A stretch of DNA of 61,163 nucleotides from Chloroflexota bacterium (GTDB taxonomy: Bacteria > Chloroflexota > Limnocylindria > Limnocylindrales > CSP1-4): assembly GCA_042408925.1 (NCBI GenBank), contig JBHOQO010000075.1, positions 1-61,163 of the forward strand. The letters run 5' to 3'. Made by a program: the position numbers and the translations under genes. Shown in pieces: positions 49,292 to 58,123 of this stretch (positions are counted from its first letter, which is position 1; each line of letters begins with the position of its first letter). The notes beneath the pieces were generated by a model that was given only the letters and a program-made list of their open reading frames with translations, had not been told where the DNA came from and made no database searches.

Positions 49292-50737
49292 ATGGCCACG
49301 ATCACCGGAACGACCCCCCATCCCATCTTCCTCGCCGGCCGCTGGGCCGATTCGCCCGAGCTCCTCCCGGTCGAGAACCCGGCCCGCCCGGGCGACCTAG
49401 CCGGGGCGACGTACCAGGCGACCCCCGAGCAGGTCGAGGAGGCGGTGACGGCGGCCGTTGCCGCCTTCGAGGAGACCCGCCGCCTCCCCGCCTATGAACG
49501 GGGCCGGATCCTCCGCGAGATCAGCGCCGGGATCAAGGAGCGCCGCGAAGAGCTCGGCCGCCTCATCGCCCTCGAAGCCGGCAAGCCGATCCGCGACGCC
49601 CTTACCGAGGTCGACCGGGCCGTCCTGACGTTCCGGCTCGGGGCCGAGGAAGCCGAGCGGATGTACGGCGAGGTGATCCCCCTCGACCTCATGGCGAGCT
49701 CGAAGGGTCGGGTCGGGATCAGCCGCCGCTTCCCGGTCGGGCCGGTCCTCGGGATCAGCCCCTTCAACTTCCCGCTCAACCTCGCCGCCCACAAGCTCGC
49801 CCCGGCCATCGCCGCCGGCTGCTCGATCGTCCTGAAGCCGCCGTCGAAGGACCCCCTGACGATGCTGACCGTCGCCGAGATCATCGAGCGGACCGGGCTC
49901 CCGGCCGGGGCGGTGAGCATCTTGCCGATGAGCCGCGAGCTCGGCGACCGCCTCGTCGCCGACCCCCGCTTCAAGCTCCTGACGTTCACCGGCAGCCCGT
50001 CGGTCGGCTGGCGGCTCAAGGAGCGGGCCGGCAAGAAGAAGGTCGTCCTCGAGCTCGGCGGGAACGCCGGCGTCATCGTCGACGCCTCGGCCGATCTCGA
50101 CTGGGCGGTGAAGCGGATCCTCGTCGGGGCGTTCACGTACGCCGGCCAGGTCTGCATCAGCGTCCAGCGGATCTTCGTCCACGAATCGGTCTGGCAGCCG
50201 TTCCTCGACCGCTTCCTCGCCGGGGCCGCCGCGCTCAAGGTCGGCGACCCCCTCGATCCGGCAACCGACCTCGGGCCGATGGTCGATCGGGCCGCCGCCG
50301 AGCGGACCCAGCGCTGGGTCGACGAGGCCGTCGCCCTGGGCGGCAAGGTCCTCCTCGGCGGTCGGGCCGACGGCGCCTACTTCCCGCCGACGGTCCTCGT
50401 CGAGACCCCGGTCACCGCCCAGGTCTGCAGCAACGAGGCCTTCGCCCCCCTCGTCGTCGCCTTCCCCTTCCGGGACTTCGGCGAGGCGATCCGGGCCGTG
50501 AACGACAGCTTCTTCGGCCTCCAGACCGGGGTCTTCACGAACGATCTCGCCCACGCCTGGACGGCCTTCGAGGAGCTCGAGGTCGGCGGGGTCATCGTCA
50601 ACGACATCCCGACCTACCGGATCGACCACATGCCGTACGGCGGGGTCAAGGATTCGGGCCTCGGCCGGGAGGGGCTCCGCTGGGCGATCGAGGACATGAC
50701 CGAGATCCGGCTGATGGTCCTCGCCTGGCCGAGCTGA
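49292..50737 (+). CDS. Aldehyde dehydrogenase
   Basis: ISPFNFPLNL, FTGS, VLELGGN, AGQVCIS, EAFAP, FGLQTG, PYGGVKDSG. ATG 49292. Confidence 0.95.
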   Translation: MATITGTTPHPIFLAGRWADSPELLPVENPARPGDLAGATYQATPEQVEEAVTAAVAAFEETRRLPAYERGRILREISAGIKERREELGRLIALEAGKPIRDALTEVDRAVLTFRLGAEEAERMYGEVIPLDLMASSKGRVGISRRFPVGPVLGISPFNFPLNLAAHKLAPAIAAGCSIVLKPPSKDPLTMLTVAEIIERTGLPAGAVSILPMSRELGDRLVADPRFKLLTFTGSPSVGWRLKERAGKKKVVLELGGNAGVIVDASADLDWAVKRILVGAFTYAGQVCISVQRIFVHESVWQPFLDRFLAGAAALKVGDPLDPATDLGPMVDRAAAERTQRWVDEAVALGGKVLLGGRADGAYFPPTVLVETPVTAQVCSNEAFAPLVVAFPFRDFGEAIRAVNDSFFGLQTGVFTNDLAHAWTAFEELEVGGVIVNDIPTYRIDHMPYGGVKDSGLGREGLRWAIEDMTEIRLMVLAWPS

Positions 50738-50794
50738 GGGGCGGGGGCGAGTCGAGCCGTCGCAGGGGGCAGCGGCTCGCCGCCGCCATCGTGC

Positions 50795-50834
50795 ACAAAT
50801 AGTTGCAGAAAAGAGTTACAAATACTGCTATCCT
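50795..50834 (+). promoter_or_regulatory. AT-rich promoter island with extended -10 and ACAAATA direct repeats
   Basis: ACAAATA at 50795 and 50818, TTGCAG at 50803, TGcTATCCT at 50826-50834. Strikingly AT-rich against a very GC-rich background. Confidence 0.6.
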
Positions 50835-50932
50835 GATCTCGTAGCGAGGCGCGGACGCGGGGACGACGTCCGCCGCCCGCCCGGCCCGGTCCGCCCGGAC
50901 CGGGTGGCCCGACGCGACGGAACGAGGAAGAC

Positions 50933-51538
50933 GTGGGCACGAGTCAGGGAGTTCCGCGGCGTGGCGGCCGACCGCCGGGGCTCTCGCCCCTGGCGATCGA
51001 GGTCGCCCTCGCCCTCGGCCAGGAACGGTCGGGGCTCAGGCTCGCCGAGCTGGCGGCAGGGATCGGCGCCCCGGTCAGCTCGGTGCAGACGGCGCTCCGC
51101 TCGCTCATCGAAACCGGGATCGTCGAACGGATCGAACGCCAGCCGCCCGGCTACCGGCTCGTCGACGACCATCCGGCCACCGCCGACCTGGTGAACCTCG
51201 CCAGTCGGCTCACGCCCCCCGATCTCGCCCTCGCCATCGTCCTCCGGAGCTGCCGGTCCGTCACCTGGGCCGCTCGCGACGGGCTCGGCGTCGTCGTCGC
51301 CCTCGATCCGGCGGCGGACCCGGACGATCGCGCTCGGTTCCTCGAGACCATCGAGCACCTGCGGGCCGACCCCCGGCTGGCGAGCTCGATCACGATCTTC
51401 GAAGCCGACGAGCTGGCCCGCCTCCTCCGGGTCGACCTCGCCCTTCGGGCCCGCCTCGCCGCCGCCGAACCGCTCCGCGGCCGCCTGTCCCGGCTGCGGC
51501 TCGTCGGGCCGTCGGGGAGCGCCCCGGCTCGCCGCTGA
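50933..51538 (+). CDS. Winged-HTH protein with uncharacterised C-terminal domain
   Basis: GLRLAELAAGIGAPVSSVQTALRSLIETGIVER...YRLVDDHP. The C-terminal ~100 aa were not recognised. Confidence 0.65.
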   Translation: MGTSQGVPRRGGRPPGLSPLAIEVALALGQERSGLRLAELAAGIGAPVSSVQTALRSLIETGIVERIERQPPGYRLVDDHPATADLVNLASRLTPPDLALAIVLRSCRSVTWAARDGLGVVVALDPAADPDDRARFLETIEHLRADPRLASSITIFEADELARLLRVDLALRARLAAAEPLRGRLSRLRLVGPSGSAPARR

Positions 51539-51606
51539 CGGCGAGCGCCAGCCGCCGGCGGACCGTCGCCGATCTCGACGCTGCCGTTCGGCCTACACTC
51601 GCGCCC

Positions 51607-53310
51607 ATGACTCCCGAGCCGCGCCCCCGGACCGCCGCCGACCTCCTCGTCGCCTGCCTCGAGGCCGAAGGCTGCGAGTACGTCTTCTCGGTGCCCGGCG
51701 AGGAGACCCTCGACCTCCTCGATGCCCTCTCGCGATCGACGAGCGTCCGCCACGTCACGACCCGCCACGAGCAGGGGGCGGCCTTCATGGCCGACGTCTA
51801 CGGCCGCCTCACCGGCCGGCCGGCGGTCGCCCTCTCGACCCTCGGGCCCGGCGCGACGAACCTCGTCACCGGCGTCGCCGACGCCTTCCTCGACCGGGCG
51901 CCGATGGTCGCCATCACCGGCCAGGCGGCGGCCGACAAGCTCCACAAGGAGGCCCACCAGGTCGTCGACATCGTCCGGATGCTCGCTCCGGTCACGAAGT
52001 GGAACACCCGGGTCGAGCGGGCCGAGGCGATCCCCGAGATCGTCCGCAAGGCGTTTCGGGTCGCCGCCCTCGAAAAGCCCGGGCCGACCCACATCGAGCT
52101 CCCCGAGGACCTCGCCGGCTCGCCGGTGTCCGAGGACCTCCGACCGCTCGTCCCGACCCACGCCTACTTCCCGGTCCCGACCGACGAGGCGATCGAGCAC
52201 GCGGCGATGCTCCTCGCCGCCTCGAACCGGCCGATCGTCCTGGCCGGGAACGGGGTCCTCCGGCGCCGGGCGGCCGATGCTCTGCGGGCCTTCGCCCGCG
52301 GCCTCCACGTCCCGGTCGCCGTCACGTTCATGGGCAAGGGCGCCATCGACGACCGCTCCCACCTCTCGCTCATGGCCGTCGGCCTCCAGGCCCGCGACCA
52401 CGTCCTCACCGGGTTCGACCGCTCCGACCTCGTCGTCGCCGTCGGCTACGACCTCGTCGAGTACGCTCCGGCCCGCTGGAACGGCGACGGCCGGCGACCG
52501 ATCATCCACATCGACACCCAGCCGGCCGAGACCGATGCCGCCTACCGACCGGTCGTCGAGCTCGTCGGCGACATCGAGACGACGCTCCGGCGGCTCCTCG
52601 CCGCCGTCATCCCGCGGGGCGTCGGGGGTCGGGACGCCGCCGAGCGCCACGAGGCCCAGGAAATCCTCGTCCACGCCGACCTTCGAGCCCGGATCCTCGA
52701 GGATCTCGCCGCCTTCGCGCAGGACGAGGCCTGGCCCGTGAAACCGCAACGCCTCGTCGCCGAGCTCCGGGCCGCGCTCGCCCCGGCGGACATCGTCGTC
52801 TCCGACGTCGGCGCTCACAAGATCTGGATCGCCCGGCTCTTCCAGGCCTACGAGCCGAACACCGTCGTCATCAGCAACGGCTTCGCGGCGATGGGGATCG
52901 CCGTCCCCGGGGCGATCGCCGCCGCCCTCGTCCACCCCGACCGAACGGTCGTCGCCGTCACCGGTGACGGCGGCTTCCTCATGAACGTCCAGGAGCTCGA
53001 GACGGCCGTCCGGCTCGGGCTCCCGATCAAGGTCGTCGTCTGGCGCGACGACGGCTACGGACTCATCGACTGGAAGCAGCGGACGGCCTTCGGCCGGCCC
53101 TTCGGGGTCGAGTTTGGGAACCCGGACCTCGTCGGCCTCGCCCGGGCCTTCGGGTTCGCCGCCGTTCGACCGACGTCCGCGGCCGAGCTGCCGGGCGCGC
53201 TCCGAAGCGCCCTCGAGCATCCCGGTCCGGCCCTCGTCGACGTCCCCGTCGACTACGCCGAGAACCTCCGGCTCACCGAGCGCCTCGGGGCCTTGGCCGG
53301 CCTCGGCTAG
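51607..53310 (+). CDS. ThDP-dependent enzyme, acetolactate synthase large-subunit-like (second paralog)
   Basis: FSVPGEETL, RHEQGAAFMADVYGR, TLGPGATN, SNGFAAMG, GDGGFLMN. TACACT lies 7 nt upstream of the ATG (leaderless-like). Confidence 0.92.
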   Translation: MTPEPRPRTAADLLVACLEAEGCEYVFSVPGEETLDLLDALSRSTSVRHVTTRHEQGAAFMADVYGRLTGRPAVALSTLGPGATNLVTGVADAFLDRAPMVAITGQAAADKLHKEAHQVVDIVRMLAPVTKWNTRVERAEAIPEIVRKAFRVAALEKPGPTHIELPEDLAGSPVSEDLRPLVPTHAYFPVPTDEAIEHAAMLLAASNRPIVLAGNGVLRRRAADALRAFARGLHVPVAVTFMGKGAIDDRSHLSLMAVGLQARDHVLTGFDRSDLVVAVGYDLVEYAPARWNGDGRRPIIHIDTQPAETDAAYRPVVELVGDIETTLRRLLAAVIPRGVGGRDAAERHEAQEILVHADLRARILEDLAAFAQDEAWPVKPQRLVAELRAALAPADIVVSDVGAHKIWIARLFQAYEPNTVVISNGFAAMGIAVPGAIAAALVHPDRTVVAVTGDGGFLMNVQELETAVRLGLPIKVVVWRDDGYGLIDWKQRTAFGRPFGVEFGNPDLVGLARAFGFAAVRPTSAAELPGALRSALEHPGPALVDVPVDYAENLRLTERLGALAGLG

Positions 53311-53352
53311 GGCAGGGGGCCGGCGGGTCGGCCCTCGGCGCGCCCTGCGGTC

Positions 53353-55143
53353 TCAGCCGGCCGCGGCCCGGGGCGAGCGTCGGGCGAGGGCGGCGTCGAG
53401 CGGCGAGCGGTCGGCGAGGAGGGCGGCCATGTCGACGCGGCGGAGCGTCGGCGCGGCGGTCGGTCGGCCGAGGAGATAGCCCTGGGCCGTCGCGATCCCG
53501 ATCTGCCGAACGAGGGCGAGCTGGGCCGGCGTCTCGACGCCCTCGGCGACGGCGAGGGCGTCCCAGCGGCGAGCCAGGTCGAAGAGCGAGCGGAGGACGG
53601 CGACGGCGCTCGGCGACTGATCGCCGGCCTGGACGAGGGAAAGGTCGATCTTCACGAGGTCGAACCGCAGCTCGGAGAGGAGCCGGAGCCCGGCGTTGCC
53701 GGCGCCGATGTCGTCGGCGGCGACCCGGACGCCCCGGGCCCGGCAGGCGGCGACGACGGCCCGGACTCGCTCGAGGTCGCCGATCGTCGCCCGCTCGGTC
53801 AGCTCGACGACGACCCGCTCGGGCTCGATCCCCGCCCGGTCGAGGAGGCGGAGGAGGCGGGTCGCCGAGAACTCCGGCGCCTCGAGGGTTCGGGGCGAGA
53901 CGTTGAGGCTCAGGAACTGGTCGGGATCGAGGAGTTCGGCGCCGGCGAGGACCGTCTCGAGGCAGGCGAGGTCGAGGTCGACGGTCCGACCGGCGGCCTC
54001 GGCCGTCGAGAAGAGGCCGAGGGCGTCCTCGAAGCCGGCCGCGGCCGACGGGCGGGTGACCGCCTCGAACCCGATGACGACCCCGGTCTGGAGGTCGACG
54101 ATCGGCTGGTACGCGGGAAGGAGGTGCCGCTCCCGGACGGCGCGGTCGAGGGCGGCGATCCGGAGGGCGCTCGGGCTCGCCACGATCCGCGGGGAGCGGG
54201 CCGGGTCGAAAACCCGGACCTCCGTCCGCCCGGCTCGTTTCGCCTCGTAGAGCGCGGCGTCGGCCTTCTCGTAGAGCTCGTCGCGGTCGAGGCCCATCGC
54301 CGGAGCGGCGGCGATGCCGGCCGAGAACGACACGGCGCCGAGGGCGTCGCGGCCGACCCGGGGCTCGAGGCAGGCGGCGAGGAGGCGCCGGGCGACGACC
54401 GCGGCGTCGTCGGCCTCGGTGAAGGGGAGGAGGAGGGCGAACTCGTCGCCGCCGATCCGGAAGGCCCGGTCGGTCCGCCGGATCCCCTCGCGGAGACGCC
54501 GGGCGACCTCGACGAGGACGGCGTCGCCGACGGCGTGGCCCCGGCCGTCGTTCACGAGCTTGAAGTCGTCGAGGTCGATGAGGACGAGGGCGGCGCTCGT
54601 CCGATAGCGGCGGCACTGCTCGACGAGCCGGGCAAACTCCTCCTGGAAGGCTCGGTGGTTGCCGAGGCCGGTGAGCGAGTCCTCGAGCGACGAGGTTCGG
54701 GCGGAGCGGTAGAGGGCGTGGAGCTCACGGCGGGCCCGGTCGAGCTCCTCGGCGGGGCGGACGATCTGGCGGGCGAGCCAGAGGGTGAGGTCGGCGGCGA
54801 GGGCGAAGAGGACGGCACCGCCGGCCAGGGCCCAGAGCGGCGCCGACCCGGCGGCCCGCGACAGTGCCCCGACCGGGTTCGGACCGAGCAAGGTGCCGCC
54901 GACGAGTCCGGCGATCCCGGCCAGGACGGCGGTCCCGGCGATCGAGAGGACGAGGCGGATTCGGACGAGTCGGAGCTCGGGCGAACCGTCGAGGGCGGCG
55001 GCCGGATCGTCGGGCGGCGCCGACGCGCCCGGAGGCTCGTCGGTCTCTGGGCGGCTCGGTCCGACGCCGTCCGAGGGGTCGAGGGGGGGCCGGAACGGTC
55101 GTCCGTCGCCCCGATCGGTCGGCGGCGTCCACGATGCGAGCAC
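53353..55143 (-). CDS. Membrane-anchored GGDEF-EAL protein
   Basis: 2 TM segments, DSLTGLGN, DLDDFKLVND, RRTD (I-site), RIGGDEF; YQPIV, EAV, DDIGAG, KID, AEGVET, QGY. Confidence 0.92.
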   Translation of the reverse strand: MLASWTPPTDRGDGRPFRPPLDPSDGVGPSRPETDEPPGASAPPDDPAAALDGSPELRLVRIRLVLSIAGTAVLAGIAGLVGGTLLGPNPVGALSRAAGSAPLWALAGGAVLFALAADLTLWLARQIVRPAEELDRARRELHALYRSARTSSLEDSLTGLGNHRAFQEEFARLVEQCRRYRTSAALVLIDLDDFKLVNDGRGHAVGDAVLVEVARRLREGIRRTDRAFRIGGDEFALLLPFTEADDAAVVARRLLAACLEPRVGRDALGAVSFSAGIAAAPAMGLDRDELYEKADAALYEAKRAGRTEVRVFDPARSPRIVASPSALRIAALDRAVRERHLLPAYQPIVDLQTGVVIGFEAVTRPSAAAGFEDALGLFSTAEAAGRTVDLDLACLETVLAGAELLDPDQFLSLNVSPRTLEAPEFSATRLLRLLDRAGIEPERVVVELTERATIGDLERVRAVVAACRARGVRVAADDIGAGNAGLRLLSELRFDLVKIDLSLVQAGDQSPSAVAVLRSLFDLARRWDALAVAEGVETPAQLALVRQIGIATAQGYLLGRPTAAPTLRRVDMAALLADRSPLDAALARRSPRAAAG

Positions 55144-55326
55144 GAGCTCCTGGGTCCTCTCCCACTACCGGGCGCCGGCCGCGCGTCGGGCCCGGCGCGG
55201 CGGGGGCGTCCGCGCACCACCTTCTCACGCTGGTGACGGAGACGGCGATGACCCGTTCGTCCCGGGCCGGGCCGGGACGAACGGCGGACCGGATGCCCGG
55301 GCGGTCCAGGGTGGGACGGTGCGGGG

Positions 55327-55803
55327 TCAGTCGAGCGGTTCGATCTCGGCGGCCTCGCCCTCAAAGGCCCGGATCGCGGCCCGGTAGTCGGCCGGGACCG
55401 GGACCGGGCGCCGGGTCGTCGTGTCGACGAGGACGAGGGTCAGGCGGGCGGTGCACATGAGGACGTCGTCGGGGATCCGGACCGCCAGGCACTCGGCCGT
55501 CACCGAGGTCCGACCGATCCGGACCGTCCGGGTGAAGACCTCGAGGAGGTCGTCGAAGCGGGCCGGGGCGACGTACTCGACGGCGATCGCCCGCATGACG
55601 AACTGTCGCTCGCCGTGCCAGAGCCCGAGGAGCCCGAGGTGGCGGTGGTACTCGATCCGGGCCTGGTCGAAGTAGGGCAGATAGCGGCCGTAGTAGACGA
55701 CGCCCTGGGCGTCGGTGTCGCTGAAGGAGACCCGAGCGAGGGCCGAGTAACGGAACGGCGGGCGGCGCTCGGTCACCCGCCCGGTTTCGAGGTTCGACGT
55801 CAT
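55327..55803 (-). CDS. Acyl-CoA thioesterase (YbgC/FadM-like hotdog fold)
   Basis: RVSFSDTDAQGVVYYGRYLPYFDQAR, EYVAPARFDD. Confidence 0.9.
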   Translation of the reverse strand: MTSNLETGRVTERRPPFRYSALARVSFSDTDAQGVVYYGRYLPYFDQARIEYHRHLGLLGLWHGERQFVMRAIAVEYVAPARFDDLLEVFTRTVRIGRTSVTAECLAVRIPDDVLMCTARLTLVLVDTTTRRPVPVPADYRAAIRAFEGEAAEIEPLD

Positions 55804-55871
55804 GGCACAGCGGATCGTAACCGGCGCCCCGGGACTCGCGCCGGGTCTCGAGCGGGTAGGATCGAACGACG

Positions 55872-56420
55872 ATGGACGAGCTCACCGTCGCCGGCCGCGT
55901 CCTGGCCCTGACGGTCGGCGACATCACGACGATCGCGGCGGACGCCATCGTCAACGCCGCCAACAGCGCCCTTGCCGGCGGGGGCGGCGTCGACGGGGCG
56001 ATCCATCGAGCCGGCGGCCCCTCGATCATGGCCGAGCTGCGGGCCCGCTACCGCGGCTGCCCGACCGGGAGCGCCGTCGTGACCGGCGCGGGCAACCTGC
56101 CGGCCCGCTGGGTCATCCACGCCGTCGGGCCGCGCTGGCAGGGCGGCGACCGCGGGGAGGCGGCCCTCCTCGCCTCGGCCTACCGGACCGCCTTCGGCCT
56201 CGCCGACGAGCTCGGCGCCCGGAGCGTCACGTTCCCAGCGATCAGCGCCGGGATCTACGGCTACCCGCTGGAGGAGGCGGCTCGGATCGCCCTGGAGACC
56301 GTCGCCGACTGCCTCGCGGGGGCGCGCTCGGTCGAGCGGGCGACCTTCGTCCTCTACTCCGAGGACACCTACCGGGTCTTCGCCCGGGCTCTCCGCCAGC
56401 GACCGCCCACGGGGGCGTGA
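55872..56420 (+). CDS. Macrodomain O-acetyl-ADP-ribose deacetylase (YmdB-like)
   Basis: GDIT, DAIVNAAN, GGGGVDGAIHRAGG, VIHAVGP, FPAISAGIYGYP. Confidence 0.93.
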   Translation: MDELTVAGRVLALTVGDITTIAADAIVNAANSALAGGGGVDGAIHRAGGPSIMAELRARYRGCPTGSAVVTGAGNLPARWVIHAVGPRWQGGDRGEAALLASAYRTAFGLADELGARSVTFPAISAGIYGYPLEEAARIALETVADCLAGARSVERATFVLYSEDTYRVFARALRQRPPTGA

Positions 56421-56426
56421 CCGGCG

Positions 56427-57158
56427 TCAGCTGAGCGTTCCGCCGGGCTCGAGCTCGTGGACGGTGACGTCGCCGAGGCCGCGGGCGGCGAGCTCGGCTC
56501 GGAGCTCCGTCGGCGTCCCGGCGAGGATCGGGAACGTCCCGTAGTGGATCGGCAGGACGTGCTTTGCTCCGAGGAGCTCGACGGCGAGGGCCGCCTCCCT
56601 GGGCCCCATCGTGTAGTGGCCGCCGATCGGGAGGATCGCCAGCTCCGGGCGGTAGAGCTCGCCGATGAGCCGCATGTCGCCGAAGACGTTCGTGTCGCCG
56701 GCGTGATAGAAGCGAAAGCCGTTCTCGACCTCGACGACGAAGCCGGCCGGTTCGCCGAGGTAGAGGGGGACGTCGGCCTTGGGGTTCCAGTCGCCGGCCG
56801 AATGGTCGGCGCCCGTCATCGTGACCCGGAGCCCGGCCGCTTCGACCGTCCCGCCCTTGTTCATCCCGACGATCCGCTCGGCGGCCTCGGGGACCTGCTT
56901 GGCCGCCCACAGCGAGCACTCGTGGATCGTCGGCCAGGTCGGCCTGAAGCGTCGGGCAAGCTCGAGGGCGTCGCCGAGGTGGTCACCGTGCCCGTGGGTC
57001 ACGAGGAGGACGTCGCAGCGCTCGACGGCCGACGCCGGCTTCGGGCTCTTCGGATTGCCGAACCAGGGGTCGATGAGGACGGTCCGGCCGCCCGGCGTTC
57101 GAACCTCGACGCAGGCGTGGCCGTACCAGGTGAAGGACGTGTCGCGACCGAGACTCAT
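56427..57158 (-). CDS. Metal-dependent hydrolase, MBL fold (UPF0173/UlaG-like)
   Basis: WYGHAC, LIDPW, THGHGDHLGD, ADHS, YHAGDT, PIHYGTF. Confidence 0.92.
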   Translation of the reverse strand: MSLGRDTSFTWYGHACVEVRTPGGRTVLIDPWFGNPKSPKPASAVERCDVLLVTHGHGDHLGDALELARRFRPTWPTIHECSLWAAKQVPEAAERIVGMNKGGTVEAAGLRVTMTGADHSAGDWNPKADVPLYLGEPAGFVVEVENGFRFYHAGDTNVFGDMRLIGELYRPELAILPIGGHYTMGPREAALAVELLGAKHVLPIHYGTFPILAGTPTELRAELAARGLGDVTVHELEPGGTLS

Positions 57159-57222
57159 GCTGCACCTCCGGGCGAATCCTAGTCGGCCCGGCGGCGGCCG
57201 GCGCAGCCTACACTGTTCGCCC

Positions 57223-58068
57223 GTGCCGGCCGAGCAGATCGCCTCGAACCTTGCCTTCGTGAACTGGACCGTCCTCGCGAGCCTCGCCGTCGGCTGTCTC
57301 GGGGCCGTCGTCCTCCTTCGCCGCCGGACGAGCGCGACCCGCGGCTACCTCGCCTTCGCCGCCGCCTGCGCCGTCGCCTTCGGCCTCCTCGCCTGGCTCG
57401 CCGACGGTGCCCTCCCGCCGACGATCGTCGGCTCGCCGGTCGTCGTCGACCCGGCCTGGGATGGGCCTCGGCGGGCCGGGCTCCTCGTCTTCGTCGTCCT
57501 CGCGGCGGCCGTCGTCGTCGCCGTCGTCCGGGGCTCGGCCCTCGGGGTCCTCGGACCCCTCGCGGTCGCCGCCGGCGCGGCCGTCCTCGGTGCAGCAGCC
57601 CTCGGCTGGGGCGGGTCGGCGCTCGGGCGGTTCCTCCTCGTCGTCGAGCTCGGGCTCCTCGCCGCGGCGACCGGCGGCGTCTTCGCGGCGATGGTCCTCG
57701 CCCACTGGTACCTGGTGACCCCGAAGCTCCCGGAAGGCCCGCTCGTCCTCCTCGCCCGGGGACTCGTCGGCGTCGTCGGGGCCCAGCTCGCCCTCTTCGG
57801 GATCGCGGCGGCCGTCGGGCTCGGCGCCCCGGGGAGCGGCGTCGGGCCGCTGTTCGGGGTCCTCGGCGGCCCGTGGGCCTTCTTCGTCTGGCTGCGGCTC
57901 GCCGTCGGCCTCGTCTTCTCCTTCGTCCTCGTCTGGGCGGCCTGGCAGACGGCTCGGACGCGGTCGATGGAATCGGCGACCGGCCTCCTCTACATCGGCG
58001 TCGGAACGATCGCCGCGGGTACGATCCTGGCAGCCGGCTGCTACTTCGGCGGCGGGCTGATCCTGTGA
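57223..58068 (+). CDS. Conserved multi-pass membrane protein of unknown function
   Basis: About 8 hydrophobic segments; AMVLAHWYLVTPKL and SMESATGLLY motifs. GTG 57223 lies 8 nt after TACACT. Confidence 0.75.
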   Translation: MPAEQIASNLAFVNWTVLASLAVGCLGAVVLLRRRTSATRGYLAFAAACAVAFGLLAWLADGALPPTIVGSPVVVDPAWDGPRRAGLLVFVVLAAAVVVAVVRGSALGVLGPLAVAAGAAVLGAAALGWGGSALGRFLLVVELGLLAAATGGVFAAMVLAHWYLVTPKLPEGPLVLLARGLVGVVGAQLALFGIAAAVGLGAPGSGVGPLFGVLGGPWAFFVWLRLAVGLVFSFVLVWAAWQTARTRSMESATGLLYIGVGTIAAGTILAAGCYFGGGLIL

Positions 58069-58123
58069 GGCGCGGGTCCTCGGCCCCGGGACGGGCCGCC
58101 GGCGGCAACGGAACGGAGGATCG

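Noticed and set aside
53353-55143. Degenerate c-di-GMP enzyme
   Set aside because: GGDEF, the RxxD I-site and the main EAL-domain motifs appear intact; an ordinary hybrid protein.
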